DNA of 64,000 nt. Source: Rebecca billardiae RCC1528. Lineage: Eukaryota; Protista; Haptophyta. Location: contig OZ251223.1 in the NCBI GenBank assembly GCA_965240325.2, forward strand, positions 62,001-126,000, written 5' to 3'. The translations under genes were made by a program, and so were the position numbers. Positions 47,382 to 60,742 of this stretch are shown piece by piece; within the stretch, counting starts at the first letter, position 1, and every line of letters begins with the position of its first letter. The notes below the pieces were generated by a model. That model was given only the letters and a program-made list of their open reading frames with translations. It had not been told where the DNA came from and made no database searches.

Positions 47382-47666
47382 CGCGCGACGCCGGTGGGCT
47401 GGGGCCTCGTCGGGGTGCAGGTCGGGAGCTCGACTGCTGCAGCCGGGCTGCCGCTTGGCCGAGCCGGCCTGGCCGGCCTGCTGCCTGCCGGGGGAGTCCG
47501 GGTGCGGCCCGGACGGGGACGCCCGTTCCGATCCCGTTCGGGCACCGTGGTTACAGGAACGAATCTCAACGGGATTACGGTCGTCTGGAAGGAAGCCCCT
47601 TGCGTCCCCTCGAGGACCACGCCACCACCTCATCGTCCTTGGTGCTCGCCGCCCACTCGCGTCTTC

Positions 47667-50009
47667 ATGCCGTCCGACGCTTCAACGCCGCTCGCCGATG
47701 CAGAGAGCCCCGCTCCGACAGTCGCAAAGGCGCAGCTCGGTCCGCTGCAGCTCGTCCACTCCGACAGCACCGCGAACGAGCAGGTGGTAGCGGCATGCTT
47801 TGTGATTACGTGTGTCAAACGACTCAAGGCCAAGTCCATGCATGCCCTCCTCCTGGACGACTGTGACGCCATCCCGTGGCTCACGGCGCGGCTGCAGTCG
47901 CACCAGACGGAGGTGCAATGGTCGGCTGCGCGAGCTCTGGCTGCCCTCTTCGAGCACGACACGCGACGTGCACAGGTCGCAGAGGCGGGCACAGTCCAGC
48001 TGCTCGTGGCGTTGCTGCGGTTGCGCAAGACGGAGGTGCAAGCGGCTGCGGCAGAGGCGCTCTACTGGCTGGCGGGCGTGGGTGAGTGGGATGCGCAGAT
48101 CGCCGAGGCGGGCGCCATCCCGCCACTCGTGGCGCTGCTGCGTGCGAGCCAGACAGGCGAGCGCGAGGCGGTCGTCAGGGCTGCTCCGCTCTCGGTGACC
48201 ATCGGAACGAAACCAGAAGGGGCAGATGCCTCTGAGTGGCACGTGGAGGTGCAGCGGGAGTGTGCCTCGGTGCGCGTGCAGTGGGCGGCAGCACTGGCAC
48301 TGTCCGCGCTGGTCCACGACCACTCGCTGCGCGCGCAGGTGGCCGAGGCGGGCGCCATCCGGCCGCTCGTGGCCATGCTGCGCGCGCGCGAGGCGTGCGA
48401 GCAGGAGGTGGCGGCACGTGTGCTGGCTGGGCTCACCGTGGATGACGATGACGACTTCTGCGTGAAGGTTGCCGAGGCCGGCGCCATCCCGCTGCTCGTG
48501 GCGCTGCTGCAGTCGCACGAGACGCACGTGCATGAGCTGGCAGCCGAGGCCCTGAAGCATCTCGCCTCTGTGGACACGATCAGGGCAGAGGTGGCTGAGG
48601 CTGGGGCCATCCGGCCTCTGGTGTTGCTGCTGCGCGCGCACGACTCGGCGCAACCGCCACAGCACGTAGTGTGGTGTCTGGTCGAGCTGGCCAGGGAGTA
48701 CGAGCTCCGCGCACAGATCGTCGAGGCGGGCGCCATCCCGCCGCTTGTGGCCAACTTGCAGTCCGCCAACGTGCGCGCGCAATCTGAGGCCGCAGACCTT
48801 CTGAGCTGGCTGGCCGACGAGGACGGGAACGACATGGGCTGGTGTGTGCAGATAGCCGAGGCGGGCGCCATCCCACCACTCGTGGCAGTGCTCGGTGCCG
48901 CGGACGAAGGCGCGCTCGAGAACGCAGCCAACACGATCCGCGAGCTTGCGCAAAACGACGTGGCGTGCTGCGATGCACTCGTGCGCGCCGGCGTGTGCGA
49001 GACCCTCGTGCCCCTGCTTCGATGGCGCGATTGGAACGCGCTGAGCAACGCCGTGGCTACGCTCTACGCTCTCGCCGTGCCCGATGACGAGGAAGACTCG
49101 GAGCACGCTGCAGCCGTTGCCGGCACGCCTGGGCTCGTGGCCGCGCTGCAGCACCTCGTGCACAGCATCGACACCGCCGATCAGGCCGATGACGACGAGG
49201 GCCGCGCTGCACATGCGAAGCAGGGCGCGCTGCAAGTCCTCGAGGCGCTGCTGTGTGGCAGCGAGGAGCTCCGGAGCATCGCGCTGTCCAGCGCGGGCAA
49301 GGCGTACGCGCAAGCCACCGAGCGCGAGGCCGAGCTCAGCCGCTCGCACGCGCGGCTGTGCTCGCTGGGCAGCACCGTGGGCGAGCCCGCGCAGCAGCAC
49401 GACGTGGTGCTGCGCTGCGCGGACGGCACCGAGCTGGGCGCGAGCCGGCTGCTGCTCGCGCAGCACTCGCGGTACTACGAGCGACAGCTGGGCGGCAGGC
49501 TGGCTGAGGGCAGCCAGCGCGAGGTGGACGCCGACCCGGACTTCTCCTCGGCGGCGCACGAGGCGCTGCTGCGCCAGCTGCACTCGGCGGGCGTGGCGCC
49601 GCTGCCGACCGAGCCGTCGGCGCTGCTCGAGCTGCTGCGGCTGGCGAGCAAGCTGCAGCCGCCGCCCCCTGCTGACTCGGAGGATGGCGCGGATACGAGC
49701 GCTACCGAGGGCGACGTGCTGGGCAGCGTGGCGTGGCGGTGCGAGGACGCGCTGCTCGCCGGGCTGGACGTGGACAACTGCCTCGACCTGCTGCGGCACG
49801 CCAAGGCAGTGGGCGGCGCGTGCGAGCGGCTGGTGGCGGCCGTGCGCAGGCTGGTGAGGCAGCACATCAAGGTGATCGTCAACGAGAAGCGCTGGGTGGT
49901 CTTCACGCGCGAGGACCCTGGGGAGGCCTGCGCGCTGCTCGAGGCACTCGCTGTCGACCAGGCGGAAGAGATCGAGCGCTTGTCGGCCAAGCGCCAGCGC
50001 ACGTCGTAG
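47667..50009 (+). CDS. Armadillo-repeat protein with C-terminal BTB/POZ domain, apparently intronless; start uncertain (47667 or 47838)
   Basis: About 8-9 repeats of (V/I)AEAGAI(P/R)PLVALL. BTB segment DVVLRCADGTELGASRLLLAQHSRYYERQLGG.LAEG, followed by BACK-like LDVDNCLDLL. Confidence 0.85.
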   Translation: MPSDASTPLADAESPAPTVAKAQLGPLQLVHSDSTANEQVVAACFVITCVKRLKAKSMHALLLDDCDAIPWLTARLQSHQTEVQWSAARALAALFEHDTRRAQVAEAGTVQLLVALLRLRKTEVQAAAAEALYWLAGVGEWDAQIAEAGAIPPLVALLRASQTGEREAVVRAAPLSVTIGTKPEGADASEWHVEVQRECASVRVQWAAALALSALVHDHSLRAQVAEAGAIRPLVAMLRAREACEQEVAARVLAGLTVDDDDDFCVKVAEAGAIPLLVALLQSHETHVHELAAEALKHLASVDTIRAEVAEAGAIRPLVLLLRAHDSAQPPQHVVWCLVELAREYELRAQIVEAGAIPPLVANLQSANVRAQSEAADLLSWLADEDGNDMGWCVQIAEAGAIPPLVAVLGAADEGALENAANTIRELAQNDVACCDALVRAGVCETLVPLLRWRDWNALSNAVATLYALAVPDDEEDSEHAAAVAGTPGLVAALQHLVHSIDTADQADDDEGRAAHAKQGALQVLEALLCGSEELRSIALSSAGKAYAQATEREAELSRSHARLCSLGSTVGEPAQQHDVVLRCADGTELGASRLLLAQHSRYYERQLGGRLAEGSQREVDADPDFSSAAHEALLRQLHSAGVAPLPTEPSALLELLRLASKLQPPPPADSEDGADTSATEGDVLGSVAWRCEDALLAGLDVDNCLDLLRHAKAVGGACERLVAAVRRLVRQHIKVIVNEKRWVVFTREDPGEACALLEALAVDQAEEIERLSAKRQRTS

Positions 50010-50199
50010 GCCGCCTTGCCTCCTGCCCTGCTTGACGCATGTGTCGCATGTCCGAGGTTACCAAAGTCACGACATACAAATAAAGTGCTCTCGCACGATC
50101 ATATATGGCTCGGCACTGCCAAGTGATCGATAAATGTTTACATTATTATAATATTATTAGTATATATATATCATATATATATTATTAATAATAATATTA

Positions 50200-51767
50200 T
50201 GGCCCGCGGTGCAGGGCGGAGCGCGCAGCGTGGAGCCCGCTCCGTGGGCCCTAACCACGTTTCAAAAAGATCTTTGATCAAGAAAAAAGGGACGGGGGAC
50301 GATTTTCATGGCTGGAGGAGACCGAGTTTCGAATTTTGAGACCCTCTCTAACACGCATCACCGAGAAATGGACGCGCCCGCGACAAGTTCATATTCAGAG
50401 GAATCAACGAAACCCACGCCCAAGTGTGCGAGACAGGGTAATTGTGGGTAGACTCTCGTTTATGTGTGACCAGGGTCTTATGGCCTCGCCACCGCAATAA
50501 CGACTCTCACCAACTCCAATGGTGCGAGACACTGAAAAATACCCGCAGCTATTCGTTGCCAGCTCATTTCATATAGTCGCTGAGCTCAAAACCTACCGGC
50601 CGCCCGTCGCCTGTCCGGGTCGGTAGGGTTGAGCCCGCTGAGAAGGGCTCACTCAGCAAGCCGAGGGGCTGCCTCGCGCCGGCGGCGCTGCGCACGAGGC
50701 GTTCAATCCGACGGACTCAGCGCAGGTCAAGGTGCGCGCGGCTGCGGCGGGTCCCGACGGTCATCGGCGTCGCTTTCGTGCCCCGCTCACCCCGCGCGCC
50801 CCGCCCTGCCGATCCCTCTTCGGCCCAGTCAGTGCGGTTTCCAACCGAGCACGACCGGCGGGGCCGACAAATCGCGATGTCAACGCCCGCGCGCGGAGAG
50901 CGGTCGGCGACGGTACGAGGAGGAGACCGCGGGGCATCCTAACGCGTGAATCCAGGCCTACTCCGCAGGCGACCGCAGCATCGGGTGTCCCTCGAGTTCA
51001 TCGTTTATTGACTGCGCAGCCGTGAGCTGACTCACCGGTGCTCATCGGACGATGCTCCTCGCGTGTGATATTATGGGTGCGAATGCGCGTGGCGCGTGGG
51101 GGCGAGGCGAGTTTCTCGCTGTGTTTCCAGCTGACCATGCCGCGCGCCCGCGCGCGCCACGCCCACGCCGCACGCCGCGCAGCTGAATTCTCGGCGTGTT
51201 GAAGCGCGGGGCCTCGCGAGGACGTTCCGGCTCAGCCGTCTGGCGCCGAGCCTGATCTGCAGTGCGGAGCCTTCGCCTGATCCAGTTGGCGTGGTGCGAG
51301 CGGGTAGTCTTGGACGTTTTGTCGGGATGTGGAGCAGCCACCACGGCCATCTCGCTCGCCCAAGCCCTCGCTCGCGCCGTCCATGGCCGAGCTGTGATGA
51401 ATTTTGCTCTCGTCCGCTGCATCCGAGCTGGCATCTCGAGTCTCGACGGCTTGACTGGCGCATGGGCGGGCGTTTGGCGCGCGAGCTCGGACCGCGCGCT
51501 GACCGTGAGCGGCGGCTCTCACTCACTCTGAGTGACTGAGAGCCAGCTCTCGGGCGCTGATGGGCACGACGGATGCCTGACTGCCTGACACGAAAGCCAC
51601 AGGCTCAGATCTGCGCGGCCAGCGGCGAGTGGCCGAGTCCGCGCGACTGATGCAGCGAGGTGGCATATGCGACGGGCGACGCCGTGCCGTGGCGGTGACG
51701 GAGCGGGTGGCACCGCGGGCCCCCAACTACGTTGGTTCTGACGGAAGAGGACCGCGGAACGCGGTCA
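50200..51767 (+). mobile_element. Helentron/Helitron2-like non-autonomous element, family H copy 2
   Basis: 5' GGCCCGCGGTGC (50201-50212) is inverted at 51710-51721. A perfect 3' hairpin GACCGCG-GAA-CGCGGTC lies at 51750-51766. AT-rich islands flank both sides. Confidence 0.75.
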
Positions 51768-51830
51768 TATATATATATAATAATATTTAATATTATATAC
51801 ACTAACTAATTTAATTAATAATATATATTA

Positions 51831-53108
51831 TGGCCCGCGGTGCAGGGCGGAGCGCGCAGCGTGGAGCCCGCACCAGCGGGCCCGAACCACGTTTCAAAAA
51901 GATCTTTGATCGTCAAGAAAAAAGGGACGGGGGGCGGCGGAAAAAAAGGGACGGGGGGCGATTTTTAGGGCTGGCGGAGACCGAGTTTCGAGTTTTTGAG
52001 ATCGCATTGAGAGGTCTATCAGGCCAAAAAAAACCGCGCCCAGCTGATTCCCTTAAGTAAAGTGCGATCTGGACGTCAGCTGGACGTGACATTAGTGTAA
52101 CGGTTCGTTACGAGCGAATCGTACTCGTCTTCCCGGATCGGCGTGACGTCCGGACTGGGCCACATCCGGATCGTCGGAGGTGACGTGCCCCGGCATGGCG
52201 GATATGCGGGACGGCGCCTGCACGTGCCTCCGGACCCGCCTCCCGCTTGCTGCTCACGCAGTCAGCTGCGACCGTGGCGCATGATCGCAGAAGCAGTGCC
52301 GGCAGTACGGCCTGCATCAGCTAGTGCCGCGCCGTCGTGGCGCGCGCGGTACGGTTGCGCGTTTGCAGCGCTCGCCGCTCGGGCGACGGCACGCGCGTGC
52401 GGCTCAGGTGTGTCAAATTATGCGGTCTCGTCGGCGCGCTTTCGCCTGCCACCTCGTGCACCCGTGCCGCCAGTTTCATCGTCTTCATGAGGACTGCTGC
52501 TGCTGTCGCCATCCGCTCTCCATCACCCCGAGTCGCCGGTCGCGCGGCGCGCGCGGTAGGCACTAGGCAGGGCGTACGGTCACTCACCCGTGCAACGGGT
52601 CAAGTGGCCAGAGTACGTCTGGTCGTTGGCTGGCACGGGCCGCAGCGCTAAAGCACCCTGCTGTCACACCCGACTCCTTCAGTACTCCGAGCTCCGCGGC
52701 ACGACTCACTCGGCACGATCGCGGACGGGTCGGATCCGAGCTGATCAGCCAGAGTTGGACACAGTTTGGCAGCTACTAGTAGTAATTCCGATGCCGATGG
52801 CACGATCGCGGACGGGTCGGATCCGAGCTGATCAGCCAGTTGGACATTTGGCAGCTAGTTGTCAGACGGACGTCCGATTTGACGACCGGTGCCGGGTGCG
52901 GTCTCAGGTCCGCTGCTGTGATTGTGTGAAGTGTGAATGAGTCTCGCGGTCGCGCAGGCAGGGCGACGGTCGGACTAATAGCTTCAGTCATCTCAGAACC
53001 GACTTCAACTGGCGAACTGCCACTACGGCGGAGAGCCGCGATTGCACGGCCACCGCGGGCCCCCAACTGCGTTGATTCTATGCAGAAAAGGACCGCGGAA
53101 CGCGGTCA
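51831..53108 (+). mobile_element. Helentron/Helitron2-like non-autonomous element, family H copy 3, with a different interior
   Basis: Similar first 140-170 bp to copy 2, sub-terminal IR at 53051-53061 and an identical hairpin at 53091-53107. Internal 41-bp direct repeat at about 52712 and 52799. Confidence 0.75.
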
Positions 53109-53140
53109 TTATTACTTAAATTAGTTAGTGATGCATATAT

Positions 53141-54700
<1,560 letters not shown>

Positions 54701-54706
54701 ATATAT

Positions 54707-55580
54707 GTGGCGTTATAGGGAACCTATAACTGAGTGTCTATGAGCGACGCCAAGAATCCGGCTCGCACGGCATTCCTGCGTTGTCCCGCGCGCACCGCCG
54801 CGCGCAGGAGTCCTGGTGCGCTGCCAATCTGGCCCACAGCGGCGCACCTGCAGGACTCGGTTGGTTACCGCTCACATCGGATCGATCAGGCTTCGCTCTC
54901 GGGGGCGCCATGGGGCTGCTCGCGACGAAGGCGCCGAGCTGGGCAAGGGAATCGCCTGCATCGAGCACTGCCGGGTGCACTCTCCGCTGCAGGAGGTGCA
55001 CCGCAGTCGCCGCAGCCCCTCTGCTCGGTAAGGTCGCTGGCTGTCTGTGTGGCCCGGCTCCCCGCCTGATCGTTCGGCGGCGCGACGACATCATCTACTG
55101 TCTTCGCCGCGTCGCCCCTCATGCAATATGGTCTCTTGCTCTCGCCGCTGTCGCGTCAACCCGCACGCTTCATCGTTTGAGATACGCGCTCGCCTCGCGC
55201 CCGTGCGTCGCGCGGGTGCGGCGCACTCTGACGCGTGTCTGCTCGCCGCGCGTCGCGATCGATCGTGCGCGCGCGGCCGCGCAGTCCTCGTCTCTTCTAT
55301 TTCTAAACGGGATTCATCAACGACTACTTGGACGCCCGCTCCAACTTATAAACGGGACTCGCGGGCGCCCTCTCGACCTCGGGCAGCAGCTCAACCGCCA
55401 CGCCGCTGCCAGCGCCCGCTGTCGTTCGTTGCTCAAATCCCAACATAGCTAACCTGATCGTTCCATGATTGATCATCGTGGTCTGTCTACTCCACGACGC
55501 CGCGCGCCGCGACCATCCAGCTCCAGAGTCCATTCGTACCCGACGCCTTGTGCGAGCCGGGCATGGCGGAGTGGCTAGAC
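54707..55580 (+). mobile_element. Family X element, 874 bp
   Basis: Begins GTGGC-GTTATAGG-GAA-CCTATAAC (hairpin) and ends GGAGTGGCTAGAC. Sub-terminal IR CCGGCTCGCAC (54758) / GTGCGAGCCGG (55550). Confidence 0.8.
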
Positions 55581-56477
<897 letters not shown>

Positions 56478-56810
56478 ACTACGGTATGTAGTCGCGTATT
56501 GCCTCCGCCATCCCGCAATAATCCGCCTGCTAGTATAGGGCCAACCGCGTGCGGCCGTGCGGGCCCCCCAGGGGCAGGATGCAATCAGGCCGGCGCGGCG
56601 TCGCGGTCTCCACGCACCACGTCATCGCGGCCGCGCATCCGCCGCCGATTCCGCCGCGTGCGGCCGTGACGCCGGCGACATTGTACGGCGGCGGCGGCGG
56701 CGGGCACGCGCGAGACGCGCCACGAATATGCCGCAGGACGCCCGCTCGGCGCCTCGCCGTCGGCCGGGAGCCGCCGCGGAGATCATCCGGCCGGTACGGC
56801 TCACCGCGAG

Positions 56811-57959
56811 TCAGTGCAGGCTGGCGTCGCGGTCTCGCGAGCGCGCGTGCCTGCTCGCGTCGCCGGTGGAGCGCGCGAACGAGAGGCCGTACGCGATCGA
56901 CGGCGGTGGTGTGGCGGGCACGCGCGTGCCGCGCTTCATCTCGAGCGGCTTGTACTTCCAGCGCGACTCTCGCAGCCACGCGCTCGGCGGGCACGTGAGC
57001 CCGTGCGGGTACGCTTTCGCGCGCGCCATGCTCGGCTGGCCAAACCACGAGAGCTGCTCGCGCCGTAAAAAGAAAAAGGTGAGTGCGTCGGCGGCCGCGG
57101 AGAGCGCCACCGCGTTGAGCACGGCGAAGGCGGCGTCGAGCGCGGTCTTGGCGCGGTCGTGCGAGAGCGCGATCGCCACGATCGCCAGCACCACGCCCAG
57201 CGCGCCCACCCACCCCACCAGCGTGAGCCCTACCGTGCCGAGGCAGCGCGCGCGCGGCGCCGCGTGCTCATCCTCGTCCACCGCGAGCGTGAACGGCGTG
57301 CAGCGCGGCGTGGCGATGAGCTTGATGAGCTGCTCCCACAGGGTGACGACCAGCGCGCCGACGTACACGTCCAGCGTCTCCGCCTTCGCCGCGAGCCGCT
57401 GCTCCACCCGCGGCCTGTCCTCCGGCGTGCCGATCAGCGTCGCGTTCGTCTCGAGCAGCTCGGCGACCGCCTCGGCCGTGTCCGTGCTCGTCTCCTCCTC
57501 GAGCAGGAACTGGAGCCAGAGGGCGACGCCGAGGGCGGAGGCGAGGATGGCGGAGCGCTCCCACCAGCGCAGGTGGAGCAGCCGGTGCCCCAGGAACGGC
57601 GCCACGCAGAAGTGGTGGTCGAGCAGGTACCAGCGCAGGTCTGGCAGCATGCGCACCATCAACCAGCTCACGCGCCGCCGCCACCGCCTCGTGACGCGCG
57701 TGCGCGGCTGGCGCGCGTCGCCGTTGGCGGCAGGCGCCGCGGCCGCGGCCGGGGCCGGCTGCGCCTCCCCGCCCGCCTCGACCTGCTCGTCCGAGAGCTC
57801 GTCCACGAACGGGTACGGGTCGTGCCACACGACGCGCCCAAACGCGTAGCCCGCCTCGAGCGACTCGCGGTTGACGAGCTCGACGTTGGTCGTCAGGTAG
57901 TCGACGCCCGCGAGGGCTTTCGTCCGTATGATGAACGACCGCTGGCTCTGCAGCGGCAT
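56811..57959 (-). CDS. Hypothetical multi-pass membrane protein
   Basis: About 4 hydrophobic segments, coding-like codon usage, and the motif HHFCVAPFLGHRLLHLRWWERSAIL. Divergent from the next gene. Confidence 0.6.
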   Translation of the reverse strand: MPLQSQRSFIIRTKALAGVDYLTTNVELVNRESLEAGYAFGRVVWHDPYPFVDELSDEQVEAGGEAQPAPAAAAAPAANGDARQPRTRVTRRWRRRVSWLMVRMLPDLRWYLLDHHFCVAPFLGHRLLHLRWWERSAILASALGVALWLQFLLEEETSTDTAEAVAELLETNATLIGTPEDRPRVEQRLAAKAETLDVYVGALVVTLWEQLIKLIATPRCTPFTLAVDEDEHAAPRARCLGTVGLTLVGWVGALGVVLAIVAIALSHDRAKTALDAAFAVLNAVALSAAADALTFFFLRREQLSWFGQPSMARAKAYPHGLTCPPSAWLRESRWKYKPLEMKRGTRVPATPPPSIAYGLSFARSTGDASRHARSRDRDASLH

Positions 57960-58160
57960 CTCCGCGCGAGCGCGCGCCCCCGGGCCGGGGCGCGCCGCTG
58001 TTGGGCAAACGCGAGCGCTCGGAGCCGCCGAGGGATCGATGCGGTCCAAGCTCGAAGCGGTTGATCATGGCGGCGCCGCTTCGAGACGCAGCAATGGCGG
58101 CAGGGCTGACTGCGCTGCCGGCAGCCGGTCTTTGGTGGCTCAGGTTCACGGCCGGAGCCC

Positions 58161-59066
58161 ATGCCGCACGCCACGATGCGCGACGGCTGCGCGCTGTACT
58201 ACGAGCTGCACGGGGACGCATCGCACCCGGCGCTGCTGTACTGCCCCGCGTCCGGATCTGACCTGCGCAAGTCGCCCAACATCTCGCACACCCCGCTCGG
58301 CCGCCGCTTCCGCATCCTCGCGTACGACGTGCGCGGCACCGGCCGCTCCGACCGGCCGGCCGGCAGCTGGCCCGCGCCGAGCGTCGACGCGCTCGCGGAC
58401 GACGCGGCGGATCTGTTGGACGCGGTGGGCTGGGAATCGTGCGCCGTGCTCGGGTGCTCCTTCGGCGGCATGGTCGCGCTCCACCTCGCGCTCGCGCGCC
58501 CTCAGGCGGTGCACACGCTCGCCCTCGTGTGCGTCTCCGCAGGCGAGCGCGGCGGCGCGAGCGCGCCGACGCTCACCGAGACGCTCGAGCCGCTGTCGTC
58601 CGACGAGCGCGCGGCGCGCATGGTCGCGCTGGCAGACGTGCGCCGTGACGACGCATGGTTCGCCGCCGAGCAGGGCCGCGCGCTCGTCGCCTTCGCCGCG
58701 AGCGCGGACGCTCAGTTCCGGAATGAGCCTGGCGCGGCGGAGGGGCGCGCGTGGCTCTACCGCGCGCGGCGCTCGTACGACGCCGAGGGCGCGCTCGAGA
58801 CGCGCGGCGGGCGGCTGGCTGCGCGCGTGCTCGTCCTCGCCGGGCAGCACGACGGCCTCGTCACGCCCGAGAGCGCGAGCGCGCTTCACGCCGCCATCGC
58901 CCGCGCGCGCGCGCTGGGCGCCGGCTCGGCCGCCCGCTCGCGCCTCGAGCAGCTCGACGCTGGGCACTGGCCAAGCATCGCGATGGACAAGCGCTTCTGG
59001 CCGCTGCTCTCTGACTTCCTCGCGCGCGCCGACGACGGGCTTGCGCCATCCGCGGTCGGCGCGTGA
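58161..59066 (+). CDS. Alpha/beta hydrolase (3-oxoadipate enol-lactonase-like)
   Basis: LYYELHG, YDVRGTGRS, nucleophile elbow GCSFGG, LAGQHDGL and AGHW. Confidence 0.88.
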   Translation: MPHATMRDGCALYYELHGDASHPALLYCPASGSDLRKSPNISHTPLGRRFRILAYDVRGTGRSDRPAGSWPAPSVDALADDAADLLDAVGWESCAVLGCSFGGMVALHLALARPQAVHTLALVCVSAGERGGASAPTLTETLEPLSSDERAARMVALADVRRDDAWFAAEQGRALVAFAASADAQFRNEPGAAEGRAWLYRARRSYDAEGALETRGGRLAARVLVLAGQHDGLVTPESASALHAAIARARALGAGSAARSRLEQLDAGHWPSIAMDKRFWPLLSDFLARADDGLAPSAVGA

Positions 59067-59575
59067 GTCGCCCACCGCAGCGCGCAGCAGCGGCGGCACA
59101 TTGAGAGAATTACAGACGGCACCGTAATAATAAGAGCAGTGACAGTGCCGCCCGGGGCGTGCTGACTGCTGGCAGAGTGACTGCTGATGGCTTCAGCACC
59201 GGCCGCAGCTACAGCTAGTACTGATGATGAAGATCATCATCAAGAGCGCGTGTCGTTTATTAGAGTAGCAGTGCTGCTGCATGATGCAGCAATGAGTGCA
59301 TGTTATTAACGTGCCGAATTAATATGACGCAGATTACGGGCAGCCGCCCGGTGCGGGTGCCGGCGGACTGCGGGCGGTGGCCGGTCGGTCTGCTTCAGGC
59401 TTGATGACATTGACAGGCTGCTCAGTAGTAGAGTCCCGGCGACGACGTGCTGCATATCTTGAAGCCACCCGTGCCCGCACAGACGCGCACTCCTGCTCCT
59501 GATAAGCACATCCACGACGTATCGTAGTCCCAATGACCTGACAGGCGGCGCCGTCCGACGCCGACGGTCACCAGT

Positions 59576-60742
59576 TCACCACTGTGACCACCCGATCCCA
59601 TCGATGATTCTCGTCAACACTGCGTGCGCCACGCCCAGGAGCGCCAATAGGACCACCACGGGCACCCCGATCATGATGCTCATAATGAGAATCGGTGGCT
59701 GGGCGTCCCCAGGGCGCATGGACGTACCGCTGAGCCACTGGCACAGCCGTACCGCGGGGATCCACACGCGGCTGTTGGCAGAGCACGAGCCCAAGAAGGC
59801 GAGGCCCTGAGCGAGGCAGAGCATCGCCGCGCTCTTGATCGGGAGCGCTGTGTACAGCAGCACGCCCGCGCCAAAGCCGAGCCGCGCGCACGGCGCGAGC
59901 AGCTCGGACAGCAGGCGGTTCGACGCGCTCTCCAGCAGCTCGGCGTGCTGCTGCACGCCGCGCTTGTCCCGCATCAGCCGCTCTACCTTTGCCGTCCGTC
60001 GGACGCGCTTATGCTCAGCGGCCACTATCTCGTCATAGTCGGCGAGCGCCTCGCGCACGTGCCACAGCCCGCACAGCGCGGTGAGCGCGTGCGTGCACGG
60101 CCGCGCGCCGATGTAGATGAACGCGGCCCCGAGCGGCAGGAAGAGCGGCGCCGCGATCGCCGGCGCGGGGTGCAGCTCGCGCCCACCGTCGGGCTGCACC
60201 CACTCCGCCATCAGCTGCGGCGTGAAGGGGCCGATCAGCGCTAAGTCGGCGAGCCAGAGCGCAAAGAGGGTGGCACCGAGGCCGGGCACGGCCCACCACG
60301 ACGAGCCCCACAGCGAGCACACCCAGCGCAGCGCGGTGCTGAAGGCCATCGCGGCAGAGGCCCCGGGCAGCGTGAAGCTGAGCACAGCGAGCCTCGAGGA
60401 AAGCGCAGCCGGCAACTGCATCATCGCGTCGGCCGTCGGTGGCGGCGGCTGGCCTGCCCGTGAGTCCGGGGAGGAGTCGAGAAGGACTCGGAGGAGCAGG
60501 GATGATGCGCGCCGCATGCGGTACCCCGCGTTCACCGCCCGAGCGTCGAGGAAGCGCGGCCGGCGCTCGGCCTCGTCACGCTCGATCTTGCGCGCCGCGA
60601 GCGACGCGCACTCGAAGCGGTGGCCAGCTCGCCAGTGCATCGCCTGGCAGCCGGCCGAGCAGTAGCGCACCGATGTGCACGTCACGCACCGCTTGAAGCC
60701 GGCGCCTTCAAGCCCGCAGTGCGCGCAGGTGTGAGTAGACAT
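59576..60742 (-). CDS. MYND zinc-finger protein with multiple TM segments
   Basis: CAHCG...KRCVTCTSVRYCSAGCQAMHWRAGHRFEC at the N-terminus, followed by about 5-6 hydrophobic stretches. Confidence 0.75.
   Translation of the reverse strand: MSTHTCAHCGLEGAGFKRCVTCTSVRYCSAGCQAMHWRAGHRFECASLAARKIERDEAERRPRFLDARAVNAGYRMRRASSLLLRVLLDSSPDSRAGQPPPPTADAMMQLPAALSSRLAVLSFTLPGASAAMAFSTALRWVCSLWGSSWWAVPGLGATLFALWLADLALIGPFTPQLMAEWVQPDGGRELHPAPAIAAPLFLPLGAAFIYIGARPCTHALTALCGLWHVREALADYDEIVAAEHKRVRRTAKVERLMRDKRGVQQHAELLESASNRLLSELLAPCARLGFGAGVLLYTALPIKSAAMLCLAQGLAFLGSCSANSRVWIPAVRLCQWLSGTSMRPGDAQPPILIMSIMIGVPVVVLLALLGVAHAVLTRIIDGIGWSQW

Noticed and set aside
45189-47666. N-terminal part of the 1606-aa ORF (45189-50009)
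   Set aside because: It is antisense to the Ca2+ exchanger exons and introns. The frame stays open only because of high GC; the real ARM-BTB protein starts at about 47667 or later.
50300-53000. Fanzor/TnpB or Rep-helicase cargo in family H elements
   Set aside because: No ORF longer than about 150 aa and no RuvC, zinc-finger or HUH motifs seen.
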